A DNA stretch of 64,000 nucleotides from Hormiphora californensis (Eukaryota > Animalia > Ctenophora), in contig CM035356.1 in NCBI GenBank assembly GCA_020137815.1, positions 2,542,001 to 2,606,000 of the forward strand, written 5' to 3'. The position numbers and the translations under genes were made by a program. Every line of letters starts with the position of its first letter. Positions within the stretch are counted from its first letter, which is position 1. The notes under the pieces were generated by a model, which worked only from the letters and a program-made list of their open reading frames with translations, was not told the origin of the DNA and ran no database searches. This document shows positions 12,601 to 24,100 of the stretch, one piece after another.

Positions 12601-15600
12601 TCCATAATCCAATTTTGCCTAATTAAGACACTTTTCACACCTCTGAGTTCCATTATATTGCTTGAATAATCGTGTTCAGCGGTCAAAAACAGGTCCTTAT
12701 TCATGACTGAGCCATTTAAACCGTATAATATCGGAAATATGGCTATGCGCACAACTAATTATCTAATTAACCAATTAACAAAATGAGATAGGAACTTTTT
12801 ATGGGCGTCTACCCCCACTAATGCGAGGACGCTACACATTTTAATGTCCTTAGATTTGTCTCTACTCCTTCCCAAAGGAAAGTTACGTTTTTGGCATCTG
12901 CCTGAAAATACTGGTGCCGCGCCCACCCGGAAATAAGGGTCTTCTGCAACTCCGATCGGCCATGATTTTTTTTGGTGATTCGGGGGACCCATTAGGGTCA
13001 CTTAGTGAAGGAATTAGCTTGTTAGACATTTTGCCACTAATTTGCGGTCTATTTGGCTATTTCGCCCAATTAAGGTCAATTAAGTCCAATTTACGGCTAA
13101 TTGGTTGGAGATAGCAACTTCGGACCTTCATCATACTATTATTAAAGCAAATAGGGAAATCCAGTGTAACGTTTTTTACCTTATATGGCATTTAGCACGT
13201 GCAGGTTTAGAGCCTAGAGGTGAACTGTGGAGTACTATTGGAGTGGGGCAGGAGTCGGAGCCGTTGCCAATGGCATGGTTGCTACTGTTATACTGCACGT
13301 GCCACGTGCTTTGATCTTTGCTTTAGTTGTTTCACTGTTCCAGCTAATATATGCCTCTCTTCAACAACTCTTGATATACGACAGCGACAATTGGAGTTAT
13401 TCACGCAAGATCTCACCGCTATTCTCTACTTTTCCATACACTGAGGGGTTCAAATGAGCATCACCAAAAGAAGTGCGAGAGAAACGAACAAGACGTTAGA
13501 GGTTAAACAGAACCGATGATCAATCTCAGAGATTAAGGCAGATGAATACTGCAAGCAGACGAAATAGTAAGTTCTTTATAACTTTGATCGCCGGATCATC
13601 ATTTGACGTTCTGAAACCAGAAACTCGCAGCGATCCCGCCTGAGCTCCTTCTAAGGTACCGTTACTTAAGATGGGATAGTGCATGTCATTAGTTAGACTG
13701 ATGATGTCAGTGTTCCCTATTCCAGCTACCAATACCATTTCCCCGAAATTCGCCCGTAGGGCGAACGGGTTTACTAGTAGCGTCAATATAAACTTGGGTA
13801 TTCCGGTTCGTTTGCAACCGGAATCAAGTCTCTACGACGCTCCTGAGCTGAGAAACAGAAAATCTTACAAACCCAATAACCATGCGCAAAACGGTTTTAA
13901 AGAAGTTCGATTTCCGGCTAAACGGTTGGAGATAGCGACTTTGGACCTTCATAGCACTAATATAAACTTGCACATTCCGGTCAGTTTCCGACAATGAAAG
14001 TCTCTACGATGTCCCTGAGCTGAGATACGAGGGTCCCAATTAAGTCCAATCAATCAGTTAAATCCAATTAGCGGCTAAACGGTTAGAGATAGCGACTTCG
14101 GATCGATTGCGACCAATGAAAGGTCTCTACGACGCTCCAGAGCTGAGTTAGCAAAATTGGCGAGTTATACCATCAAGCCAATTAGGGCCAATTAAGGGTA
14201 CTTCCCCCAGGAGTTGGTTGGTAGACTTTTGGGATCTCACCCAGAAGGCCTTTGAGGACATTTTGGTGAAGGAATTATAAATGCATCAAAAATTTCGGGG
14301 GTCGACCCCTTTTTTTACACGTTTTCACTAGACTATTGTTGTATTTCTCATAAGTTGGGGGCTTAAGTTTGGATAATCTCATGCTGGGGTAACAACAAAA
14401 TGGCAAATGAGAAAACACACACACAAACTCACTAGTGATGATGGTGTAGAGCAGAGGACACATATTGGATGCCCTGATAACAAAGAATTTAATGTCAAGT
14501 CCAGCTACAGACGGGTTTCGGTCTCCCTGCATTATGTTCCGCAGTACTTCAACTGAGATGGATGGTGGATTGTAAATTATCATAGCTATCATTTGAGACC
14601 GGGGGGGGGGGGGTAAGCTCATTTGTGGGGGGATGGCTACTCGAGTTACCAGCAGTACTACTACTGCAGCTGTACAGGAAGTGAAGGGGTTGGTAAAATT
14701 TAGGCTCTTTCCGAAAAAAGAGAGTGGTCGGGACGGCCCTGGCAGGTTCACCCCGCGCTGGTAAGCGCAGTATAAGGTTGTGCCGTCGGAACTAATGCTA
14801 TCCAAACTATGTTGTCTAGCTGTACAACCACGCTGCTCTCTCCGTGCGACTCTTGATTGAAGAGCAACCCTCAATGTTGTTATTCAATTAGCGTCTATAC
14901 TCATGTGACGGAGAGAGCAGGGCTGTGCAGCGTTCGTGTCGAGAAGACAGAGGGCAAGATGGGGCGCGGTGAATTCATGTTTTGTATGGCAGCCCTTGAG
15001 ATACAAAAACTAAGGTTAACTCCTTGCAAAACTATGGATGCGGAGAAGATACGAAAAAAAAAAAGAAAAAAAAAGGGGGTTGGGGTGGGGAGGGCAACAT
15101 AAATGGAAAACGAATTGAATTGCCAAAAAGAGAGAGCAAAGAGCTGAGAGAGAGCACACCACCTACCAGGTTTAACAGAGAAGAACTCAGTTTTTCCTGC
15201 GACACAAATCACAAAGAGGGCATCCAGGGCACATCCAACATTGAACGTCCACCAGAGCGAGTTGCAGGGGCAACTAGCAGGGATATACAGGACACCCTGC
15301 TTGATTAGGACACCTGTCACACCAGCCAACAGGACAACTACCACACTACACATCTCTGAAAAGGTGAGGTTTTAGTAAAACACAAGGAAAGTTTCTGTAG
15401 CGAATTTCAAATAGGTGGAGATATTTCACGCACGCTATCTGATCACAGATTTCTTTTTACTTTTCCAGTTGGGTCCCGTTTAACGCGGGACCCCCCCAAA
15501 TTAAGTCAACAGTAATACAGGTAATTACTGATTGCGGTAATTACTAAACCCGGATATACCACTTCCTTCCTACATCTAATCGCATCGAACATTGGTTGCA

Positions 15601-18600
15601 ATAGTAATCCTTGTGCGCCGGAAAGGGGTTGTCGGTGGTGGCCACTAACATGATAGACCACGACCCCAACGTGTAACGAACACCGCATATTTAATTACTC
15701 TGTCCGGACACACTTCGCAAATATTACTCACTTGCACACTCGCGATGTTTGTAGACTAGGATCATCTGAAGGAGGACAAGACCCGCAATGAAACAAAGAG
15801 AGAAGGTGTTGATAAAGTCGTCTTGTTCGGGTTTAGTGTATACATGTTGGCCAGCCAGGTACCAGGTTGATACAATCAGGAGCAGCCCACGGGATGCTGG
15901 TGAGAGAGGTTAATTAATGGGATAATTAATTGGAAACTAGTTATCTCGGCACACATGAAGTATCAGATAAGATAACTTAAAAAGTACTAGTTAGATAATA
16001 TTATTTGAAACTCTTGTATCCAATGTTTGAGAACATGATTCGGAATTTCTCGCGAGACACCGGTCAATCACCATATCAAGATTATTTGACTCACCACACT
16101 GGGTTGCACATTTCTGAGCTCCCTTCAGTAAGGTAGAGAAAGCTGCATATGAAGTGAGTAGCATTGCAAGGCCCAGAACAGTTGAGGAGTAACAGTGGGT
16201 GGGGATGTTGAATAGGGAGAAGCGTCTGTCAAGGAGGAACCCAACCAGGCACCCAACAGCAACTGAAATAGAGATGGGGTTAGTAGCCGTTATAGAGTAG
16301 AGGGGTTTCAATAATCAGTATTTTCATTATACATCAGGGAATAATCAATATCCGAGAGGGAAATGGGATAGAAATATAGAACTTTCCCAATATTCATACC
16401 ATTGTAAGCACATCCAAGACTAGCGAACCTCCACTGCATGTAAACAGCCAGGATTGATACAGAAGTAAGGAAGGCAAATGAACCCTGCAGCTCTTGGCCA
16501 TCCCCATTCTGACAGTATTCCTTGTCGTAGTAACATCCACCGAAATACAAGGCGAGAGTACCGAACAGTGCAATAGGAGCTGAAAAAGGAGATAATGAGT
16601 TGAACGATTATGCAATTGTCAGATGTTGGGTATAAAGAGGGGTGAATTTTTCTTCTGTCAGTTAGCAGGGTGGCGCAGTGGAAGCGTGCTGGGCCCATAA
16701 CCCAGAGGTCGGTGGATCGAAACCACTTCCTGCTATAAACTTTTTGACTTTTTCTAATATTTTTTTAAAATTAATTGAAAATTTTTGGAAATATATTATG
16801 GATATTACCACGCCCTAATTACCTTTAATTAACTCCGGAAACGAGTAATGGAAGCTGGAAATGTGCGCGCCATTTTCAAATCCGAGATCTGCGCGGGGTA
16901 CTCTGTACAAAATGTTCCGCGCGTTACGTCGATACCGAACAAAGACAGAATTTGGGCGGTAAAGTGTAGGCAGTACTGAGGTACTGGGAGGGGGGGGCCC
17001 GCGTATTAAAATGTCCTTTAATGTCCCTCGATTTTTGGGTCATTAAATTGCCCGGGGTAATTTGGGACATTAAAAGACATTAAAGGACATTAAAGGACAA
17101 GAAATTTTAACTTCCAAAAACCATTTCAGAATGTGTTACCAAACATTTCTACCGCCAATGTCCCATCTTTCGATTCCAATGAATGTTCATAAATGTTCAG
17201 TGGTGATTGGGCTTGCTTTTGCGTGGGACGTGGGTGCGGTACCTTTTTTTAAATGTACATATTTCTAGCCTAGACGATATCACAAAATCATCTTATGAAA
17301 CGAGTAGAGAAGACACCGAAGTCATAAAAGTGAGAGAGAACAGCTCCGATTTTGATGAACTTGGTCAGAATATGTGGTGCAATAGCTAACTAATAGATTT
17401 CGTTTTTTAGTCGTTTGTTAATCAGATCGAACTCTGACAAAAAACCAGGTATTATACAGGAAATGAGATGAAGTAAACCCTGGCTAGTTGGCCATCCCAA
17501 TGCAACGGTATTTCTGGTCGTAGAATCAACGACAATCTGCAGCTTGATACCGAACACGTTGAATAGGAACTTAGGAAAAAGTTATGATTTGAACAATTAT
17601 GCAATTGTCAAAATGTTGGAAAAAGGGTCATATCTGCTTCTATAGAAGTTAGAGAGTGGCAGTAATGCAGGGCCAATAACCCAAGGTCGTGGATCTAAAC
17701 CTACTTCCTGCATAAAAATTTGACTTTTTAAAAACTGTTTTTTTACTAAAATTAATGAAAATCTTTGGAAATTTTATCGGGATTGTCACGAAACCCTACA
17801 TAACCTTTAATTCCTCCGAGGAAACGACTAAGGAAGCTGGAAAATGTGCGCGCCATTTTCATAATGCGAATCTGCGGGAATAGTACTTGACAAAATGTTT
17901 CCGCCGTTAATTCAGTCCGTAAAAAGCAGAATTGGCGTGTTATTTAAGTGTTTGGTCCAGAATTAAGCGGACTGTGGAAAGAGAGAGCGTGAGAGGAACG
18001 TTTACCTCCTGCTGCTTGTTCCCTCCTGGCTCTGCTGCACACTTGCACATCAAAGTAGTGACAGGTTACCCGTGGGTTATGTCTCTGTTATGACAGTCAG
18101 AGTTTCACAAAGTTTATATGTGTGCGTGTGTATAGTTGTATACTGTACCAGGAAGAGCTATTATATACACTCAGTGAAGTGTGTGTGTATAGCGGCATAC
18201 TGGGCATTCCAAGCAGGAAAAGATGGAGGGAGATTTCATAGCACTTGCACTTTTCATTAGAAAGGATCGTGATACAAAATAACTTTCCCCCTCAGATACT
18301 ATCAAATCACGTAGCTGTGCAGTGCGAAATGTGCAGCAGTGAGAAATATAATTGTGTGTTCGACTGGATGTAATATGATGGTGTAATTAGCACCAATTAT
18401 TTGTGTGTAACTCACCGTTTAGTCGGTATGAGAGAGTACCGTGTTCTGTTGGAATACCCTTGGCGACCTGAAACAAGGGGGATTAGTTGTCGACTGCATC
18501 ATTGCCCAGTTTGGAGAGGGCAGTTGTGAGTTGTGTCTTGTGAGACAAGGAATTAGGGGCTAGCTTAATTTGTTATAAAAAGGCTGGGACATTGCGAAAC

Positions 18601-18739
18601 TGATACCAGTGGGCTGTTCTAAGAGTTTGGAGTAAGAAAATTCATCATATGCAAAAAGACATGGTAACTGCAGAGAATGAACTAGTGTGTGTAACAGACG
18701 TCATGACTCATATTATAAACTGAGCAGTGGTGAATGAGA

Positions 18740-18799
<60 letters not shown>

Positions 18800-19851
18800 T
18801 AGAAGACCTCCAAGTGTTGTAGAGAGAGGTGCAGATGTTACACGCACACATTACAGTCTAGCAGACTATCACCACATATTAAATACACTGCTGTGAGTGG
18901 TGCTGGATAATGTTGCATGTCGATGTATAATACACGTTTGTTATGTATAGGTACACTGTGTGCACAATGTGTGCACATTTTTGTACAAACATGAAATATC
19001 TTGTTTGTACAGTGGTGTACGTCAAACATCACCACAACCAATTAAATGTCGACAAACCACAACAATTAATCCGTCGACAGAATTACGATTGGATGCTTGT
19101 GACCAGACAGTGGGTTAGAACATAACAAGATATGACAAGATATTGTTTATAAAGGACTCACCTCCCCAATGGGGATAAGGAAGAGAAGGGCCAAGATAAT
19201 ATCCGATGAAATGCCCTGAACCGTCACAGTCTCGTTGTACATGATACTCAAACTTGGTATCTGAAAATATAATCATTATTGTGGTCAAATCTCTTGAGTC
19301 AATTTTAGCAAATTAAAGCTCTTCACTATCACTATTGTTAAATCAAGTGACCTCATGACTTACCGTAGGTATTTTCAGATCACATTTTCCGTAAGTACAC
19401 ATGGTGACAGACACGTATGCCAGGAGCAGGTAAACACTTACTATCACCAACTCTTTCACCACAGGACACAGCCTCACCACACAGTCCTTCACTGACTTGA
19501 AACTGCCCAGAACACAGGTGGTGACACAGCACCCACCAGCAGTAGTGGAGGTGACAACATCACCACCATCACCACCGCCCTCACCCCGGTTCAGACGGGT
19601 GTTATATCGGTGGGGAGAAGGTGATCGGTTGGAGAGTGATTTGCGGCGGGAGGGTGACCGAGATCGGGATCGTGAAGTTGAGCGTCCGGTTCGTGTTGTC
19701 GTCACTTCCTGAAATAATGAAAGTTTGAAGATTTGACGTACTCCTTTATAAAACTAAATACTACTCCTTTATAAATTTAAACATTTGTTCTAAAAAAACA
19801 TACCGTGGTACTGGTAGTGACAGTCTCCGATTCAACCACTTCAACTGCCAT
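6662..19851 (-). CDS. LBR: Lamin B receptor / ERG24-family membrane protein, 15 exons (19851-19804, 19708-19364, 19260-19162, 18467-18416, 16579-16400, 16262-16095, 15896-15732, 15355-15167, 14552-14433, 9699-9580, 7806-7702, 7596-7483, 7382-7236, 7062-6935, 6697-6662), ~671 aa
   Basis: All exons are GT-AG and sum to 2016 nt in frame. RS-rich N-terminus (SRSRSRSPSRR), LIPIGEVAKG...SYRLN, GDRNPSVAGLDIKFF, EKATLSSAEMVDG, SGLWKFVRYP, YGARAWKEYQQMVRYNVIPGIW match LBR/ERG24 landmarks. Confidence 0.8.
8420..9302 (+). CDS. Small secreted protein (signal peptide + uncharacterised W/C-rich beta domain + sushi/CCP-like module), 3 exons (8420-8489, 8631-9047, 9139-9302), nested antisense in an LBR intron
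   Basis: MEKPWIIVIAIIVLTVSA signal peptide; phase-1 GT-AG introns; domain with PERLWRITKS..LQIHFNG.KVLDY..C..FW; last exon C-x-G-x-VSC-x-IEC-x-TWS-x-C. Confidence 0.75.
9810..14335. mobile_element. ~4.5-kb foldback (long-TIR) non-autonomous DNA transposon filling LBR intron 9
   Basis: Arms 9810-~11285 and ~12245-14335 are near-perfect reverse complements (the ORF track shows identical peptides on opposite strands). Termini TAGTCTAGTGAAAAC / GTTTTCACTAGACTA are flanked by a TTGT direct repeat. The centre is built from degenerate tagataccctcag repeats. Confidence 0.9.
13131..13777 (+). mobile_element. Non-autonomous Helitron inserted in the right arm of the foldback element
   Basis: Starts TC, ends CTAG, sits between host A and T with no TSD (the empty site ccttca|tagcgtc is seen in the left arm), and has a subterminal hairpin ttcgccc-gta-gggcgaa at 13749-13765. 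Confidence 0.88.
16664..16735 (+). tRNA. Initiator tRNA-Met (CAT), in LBR intron 4
   Basis: AGCAGGGTGGCGCAGTGGAAGCGTGCTGGGCCCATAACCCAGAGGTCGGTGGATCGAAACCACTTCCTGCTA: A1:U72 pair, GGATCGAAACC T-loop typical of tRNA-iMet, upstream TATAAA at 16631 and a downstream T-run terminator. Confidence 0.97.
17440..17937 (+). pseudogene. Degenerate ~500-bp duplicate of 16440-16958 (part of LBR exon 5 plus a decayed tRNA-iMet at ~17650-17712)
   Basis: Colinear similarity with many small indels, e.g. attatgcaattgtca, ataacccaaggtcgtggatc, ggaagctggaaaatgtgcgcgccattttc. Confidence 0.8.
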
Positions 19852-20213
19852 TGGGTTACGTTATTGCTAGAGAAAATAAGAGGGATTTTAGAGACATCGG
19901 TTTTTGGAGCCTGGAGAGAAGGCCAGCCAATGATAGAAATACAATCAGTAAAACGATATTGTTTGTGAGTTTATTAAAAAAAACAGTTGTAAAAAGAAGA
20001 AAAGGGTGTCAGCAAAATTCAAACGGCTCACATCTCACACACATCTCACGATAAGTCAGTTTTTCACTCTAAAAGAATAAATATAGCAAATCAATTATTT
20101 CAATTTCAAATAAGTCTCATCTCACCACACGGCACACACATTGGAACAAAATCATTTCATCATCATCAATAACTCTCGGTTAATTAACTATTTAATTAGT
20201 TTCCAGTTGTTTG

Positions 20214-23200
20214 TTACAAATGTTTTAGAGTATGAGCGAGAAAGTTCAGGGCAGTAGATTTATCTTTCAAAGTATCGTTGATCAACGACTGGAAATGGTT
20301 GGCTGCCTGAGATTCACTTTTATGAAGGAGCAGCGTGGAATGAAGGTACTCAATATCCGTGCTGGACCTCAACTCTGGCATGCCCGCTTTGAGGAGGAGA
20401 GACAGGGTGTTTACTAAAAGGTGGGCATGTTTCCGGAGCACAGAGAACGCTCTACAAGCCATCCCTTCGAACTGTTTAAACAGTTCCCCATCCCGTCCAC
20501 CCATTACAAACGCCAGGGTAGAAGTGAAGACAAAAGGTACTCGCTCCCGCTTAATATTCAGTCCCAAAACCTCAAAATACTTGACATTCCCCAGAAAGTG
20601 CCCGAAATCAATATGAAAGTAGGCTCCATTCCTCTTGACCATGATGTTACTGCTGTGCCGGTCCCCTATCCCCAGAACGTACGTAGCAACACAATATCCC
20701 GCACAGCTCATGGTGAAAAGCTGTAGTGCCCGGTCCAGGTCAACCTTGTAGGTGTTCTGCTGGGACAACCATTCCTTCAGGAGATCCGCCCGGAAGACAC
20801 CCGTTACACCACCATGCTCTAACATTATATCAGCGAGGGTCATGGCGTGGATGTACTCAATCATGCCACAATTCCTGTCAGTCCTGGTACAACCATAGGG
20901 GGTTAGGTAGAGGTCCAGTGCGCTCTGTTGCCACACCCCTTCCATTAGTTTTAACATTTGTAGGGTCACCATGTCTTGCGTTATATCGTCACCCTGCTTG
21001 AAGATCACCCGGACAGTCGACTTCCCGAGATTACTTGGATCACCGTTCTCGAAAGCAAGGAGGAGGGGCTTTTTCTTGGAATCGAAGAAGGTGCACTGTC
21101 GAGGAATGATGCGTCCTAGGACAAGGTGAGGATTGTACACAGGAGAGAACATTTCCGGGAATTCAGAGGAGGAGAGAGTATCAATTAGGTAGCTCTTTCT
21201 CTGTGCATCGTTCTGATATCTATCACTTTTGAGTTGTTGGGATACCGTTTTCAGGATGGTGCAAGCCTTTACCTGAACCAGTAACCGGAACCGCTGCTCA
21301 TCGCCACAACCCCTGATATAAGCGTCAAGAAGAAGACCTAGCCGGATCCGGTGTTCCTGCCGGTCAACCTCACTCCTCAGAGCCCAGAACAGGAAATGCC
21401 CAAACTCCCGCTTCTCAAGAGCTCTCTTCAGTAGGAGTCTTGCCAGAGCGGAGTCGTGATAAGTCTCGTACTTTAGCGCCTCTATCAGTTGTAAAATGTA
21501 AGTATTGAGAGTGTAGATATCGAGTTGTTCGAGACACTCCACAGCGTATGTCCTGACAGGTCTACTGGGTGTCCTGCAGCTCAGTAACTCCAAGACAACT
21601 TCAATTCTGGGCGGTGTCCATAGTGCCAACATCCGGACCACCTCAACTACATTCTGTTGGTGGCACCAATCCACACTTTGGAACAACTTTGGTAGAGCCT
21701 GATCGTAGGTCTTTAGGAACCTCCGATACTTCCACACCATATCCCGCTCCTTGTCCGTTAGTGACGTCAGGGCGTCTACAGTGTACATCAGGGCCTCTAG
21801 CTTGCTCTGCTCAGAGGGGCTTGGGATGGGTCCCTGGTCTATTGTCTCAGGAGAGGGAGGGTAGGCGGGAACCATGACAGGATAAACAAACTCATCAAGC
21901 TCACATTTTAGGTAGACACAATTAGGAGAGGGGTTCTCACTAACAACACCATCAGGAAGGGGTGGTGCATAACCCTCATCCTCTTCTTCATACGACCAGC
22001 ATTTTAGTGTTAACTTTCCCGTTTTGAGGCACGATCTAAAGTCTACTAGGGGTAGGTTGACCCACGCAATTGCAATATCCTCCCCTCCATCTACAGCAGG
22101 GTCTGGTGCAAGGGTTGCGGGTTTATCTGACCCCTTACCACCACCACCACCACCACTAGTGCTTCCCACCCCTGCTGTGCTGCTCTTCTTCCCTCCCTTT
22201 GGTTTACCCTCCTCAGTCACACTCTTCTTCCTCTGACCCCGGGTAATGGCCTTGACCACAATATGGAACCTAATGTCCTGGGGAACATTCTTCAGGGCGA
22301 TGTCGTATGTCAACCACTGGTACCAGGAGGGGTTACAGGTAAAAGGGACGTGTTTAGTGCACCCGGGGGCGGAGAGGGCTGTTTGACCATGATACAGGGT
22401 GACCTGAACATACAAATCTGATAGGCCCTCCTCTGTGTCACCCACTCCCTCACAACCGAGAATCCGTAACCGTAACTTCTGGTTTATCTCCCACAGACTC
22501 AGTGCGGATATGTCAGTGTGGCTGCGTCCTGCCAGGGTCAACTCAGACTGGGGAATGTTGTATTTCTCCGCTGGGTCCAACAAAGCAGTGTCCAAAGTGG
22601 GATCCTCCTCAGGAGGGACCTTGGGTTTTCCGACAAACCACAAATCAACATGCTCCTTCCGAATCAGACAATCTCGGACATGGACAAAGTCGACAAACTG
22701 GGTGTCACTTGAAATGTAGTCTGACATTCCAGCTACCTTGAGTACGTAATCAGACGCTGCTGCTTCCTCGGGTAGACCGTAGAGAGTTCTCTTGACCGGA
22801 TCTTTGGGGAACATTTCATCCCGAACATTGTCTGCACTTTTATCATACAACTCGTTTAGTTGAGCCTTAGTACTGCCTGTTGGAAAGAAAAACTGCACAA
22901 ACAGAAGTGGTTCGCGGCACCGCTTGAGGAGGTGAACTGGTAGAGGCTCTGGGTAGATCCGGGGTCCAAAGTAGTACTGATATGGATCACGGACCTTCTC
23001 TACCTGCTGCCGAACCCTTGCAAAGTTCTTCCTAGCGCACTCAACCTCGATACTACTCTCCGAACCGAGCTCTGAAAGGGATATTCCAGTAAGGGCGTTG
23101 ACCATGTTTATCATCTCCTTTTCGTGGCGTGAGAGCACGCGATTTCGGGGTCGGAGTTCAAGCCATTTCATGAAGGTTGGGTCTTCCGACCAAAGTCTGT

Positions 23201-23456
23201 AAATGTCTAAGGAGCTTAGCAGGACTGATTCATCCACTACTTCAAAGATATTTAGATCGTGGTTGTAACAAAAAACATAATCGCTGGGCGTCCCACTCAA
23301 TTCCAGACTCTGCGACACAAGATACTGCCAAAGAGAAGTTTTCACATCACTCATTTTACTGTGCACCGCTGTTTTCATGAACACTGATTGATCCTGAGGT
23401 AGCATGAACTCTACCTCAATCTCCCGACATGGCAGACCGTCCACTTTCGAGGGCAT
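20214..23456 (-). CDS. Class I phosphoinositide 3-kinase catalytic subunit (p110-like), intronless
   Basis: 1080-aa ORF with adaptor-binding, Ras-binding (DYVLKVAG), C2, helical and kinase domains: SKKKPL, IFKQGDDITQD, YVLGIGDRHSSNIM, HIDFGHFLGN, RERVPF. Confidence 0.95.
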   Translation of the reverse strand: MPSKVDGLPCREIEVEFMLPQDQSVFMKTAVHSKMSDVKTSLWQYLVSQSLELSGTPSDYVFCYNHDLNIFEVVDESVLLSSLDIYRLWSEDPTFMKWLELRPRNRVLSRHEKEMINMVNALTGISLSELGSESSIEVECARKNFARVRQQVEKVRDPYQYYFGPRIYPEPLPVHLLKRCREPLLFVQFFFPTGSTKAQLNELYDKSADNVRDEMFPKDPVKRTLYGLPEEAAASDYVLKVAGMSDYISSDTQFVDFVHVRDCLIRKEHVDLWFVGKPKVPPEEDPTLDTALLDPAEKYNIPQSELTLAGRSHTDISALSLWEINQKLRLRILGCEGVGDTEEGLSDLYVQVTLYHGQTALSAPGCTKHVPFTCNPSWYQWLTYDIALKNVPQDIRFHIVVKAITRGQRKKSVTEEGKPKGGKKSSTAGVGSTSGGGGGGKGSDKPATLAPDPAVDGGEDIAIAWVNLPLVDFRSCLKTGKLTLKCWSYEEEDEGYAPPLPDGVVSENPSPNCVYLKCELDEFVYPVMVPAYPPSPETIDQGPIPSPSEQSKLEALMYTVDALTSLTDKERDMVWKYRRFLKTYDQALPKLFQSVDWCHQQNVVEVVRMLALWTPPRIEVVLELLSCRTPSRPVRTYAVECLEQLDIYTLNTYILQLIEALKYETYHDSALARLLLKRALEKREFGHFLFWALRSEVDRQEHRIRLGLLLDAYIRGCGDEQRFRLLVQVKACTILKTVSQQLKSDRYQNDAQRKSYLIDTLSSSEFPEMFSPVYNPHLVLGRIIPRQCTFFDSKKKPLLLAFENGDPSNLGKSTVRVIFKQGDDITQDMVTLQMLKLMEGVWQQSALDLYLTPYGCTRTDRNCGMIEYIHAMTLADIMLEHGGVTGVFRADLLKEWLSQQNTYKVDLDRALQLFTMSCAGYCVATYVLGIGDRHSSNIMVKRNGAYFHIDFGHFLGNVKYFEVLGLNIKRERVPFVFTSTLAFVMGGRDGELFKQFEGMACRAFSVLRKHAHLLVNTLSLLLKAGMPELRSSTDIEYLHSTLLLHKSESQAANHFQSLINDTLKDKSTALNFLAHTLKHL

Positions 23457-23584
23457 CGTCCTCGCGCCTAGGTCGAATATTTCAAATTAATTTATTTCAA
23501 TGAATTTCCTCAATAAAATACTAGGGTGTTGGTGTAAGGAGTAGGAGAATCAAAAATCCCTTGTGGGCTGTGGACACCCAGGTC

Positions 23585-24083
23585 ACAAAAAAGGTTCAAA
23601 AATGCTTGAAAACTGAAAAGTGCTGCCTTATCCTGCTTTAAGTCAGTAGCATTTGCCAACAGAAATCGTATAAAAACGCTTAAAAATATCAGAACCCCCA
23701 CCGGGATTTCCAGCGCCTAGACCCTGCTTGCGGGGGCCCCGCCCCTACACCCCTGACCCCGCCCTGATTTTCACTGTTGAGTGGCATAATTAATGCATAA
23801 GTAACATTTATATCCTTATCAAAAGAATCAGATTTGTCGATCGCCTTCTAATTTCTATCACCTTTCTGTAGAACATGGTTAACGCACAGCAGGACATGAT
23901 GCATCTTCTGTGTGCAGGAACTAACATCCGTGTCAAGAAACCGAAACCAACTTCAATCCCCGCAATACCACCAAAGGTAGAGGAGATACAGCAGCCAAAG
24001 GAAAATATAAATATTCGGAAACGGCACAAAATTCGTATTAAAGGGTCTGACGTTCCAGAAGCTCAGAGCACGTTTGAGGATTT
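23585..24083 (+). pseudogene. Partial duplicate of the DDX52 5' region (upstream sequence plus first ~70 codons, ATG 23875)
   Basis: Nearly identical to ~27347-27829; translation matches DDX52 up to STFEDL, then stops at 24102 at the edge of a MITE nest. Confidence 0.9.
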
Positions 24084-24100
24084 AAGACAGAGAAAAAAAT

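Noticed and set aside
10412-13114. Identical small ORF pairs on opposite strands
   Set aside because: A consequence of the inverted arms; no transposase motifs.
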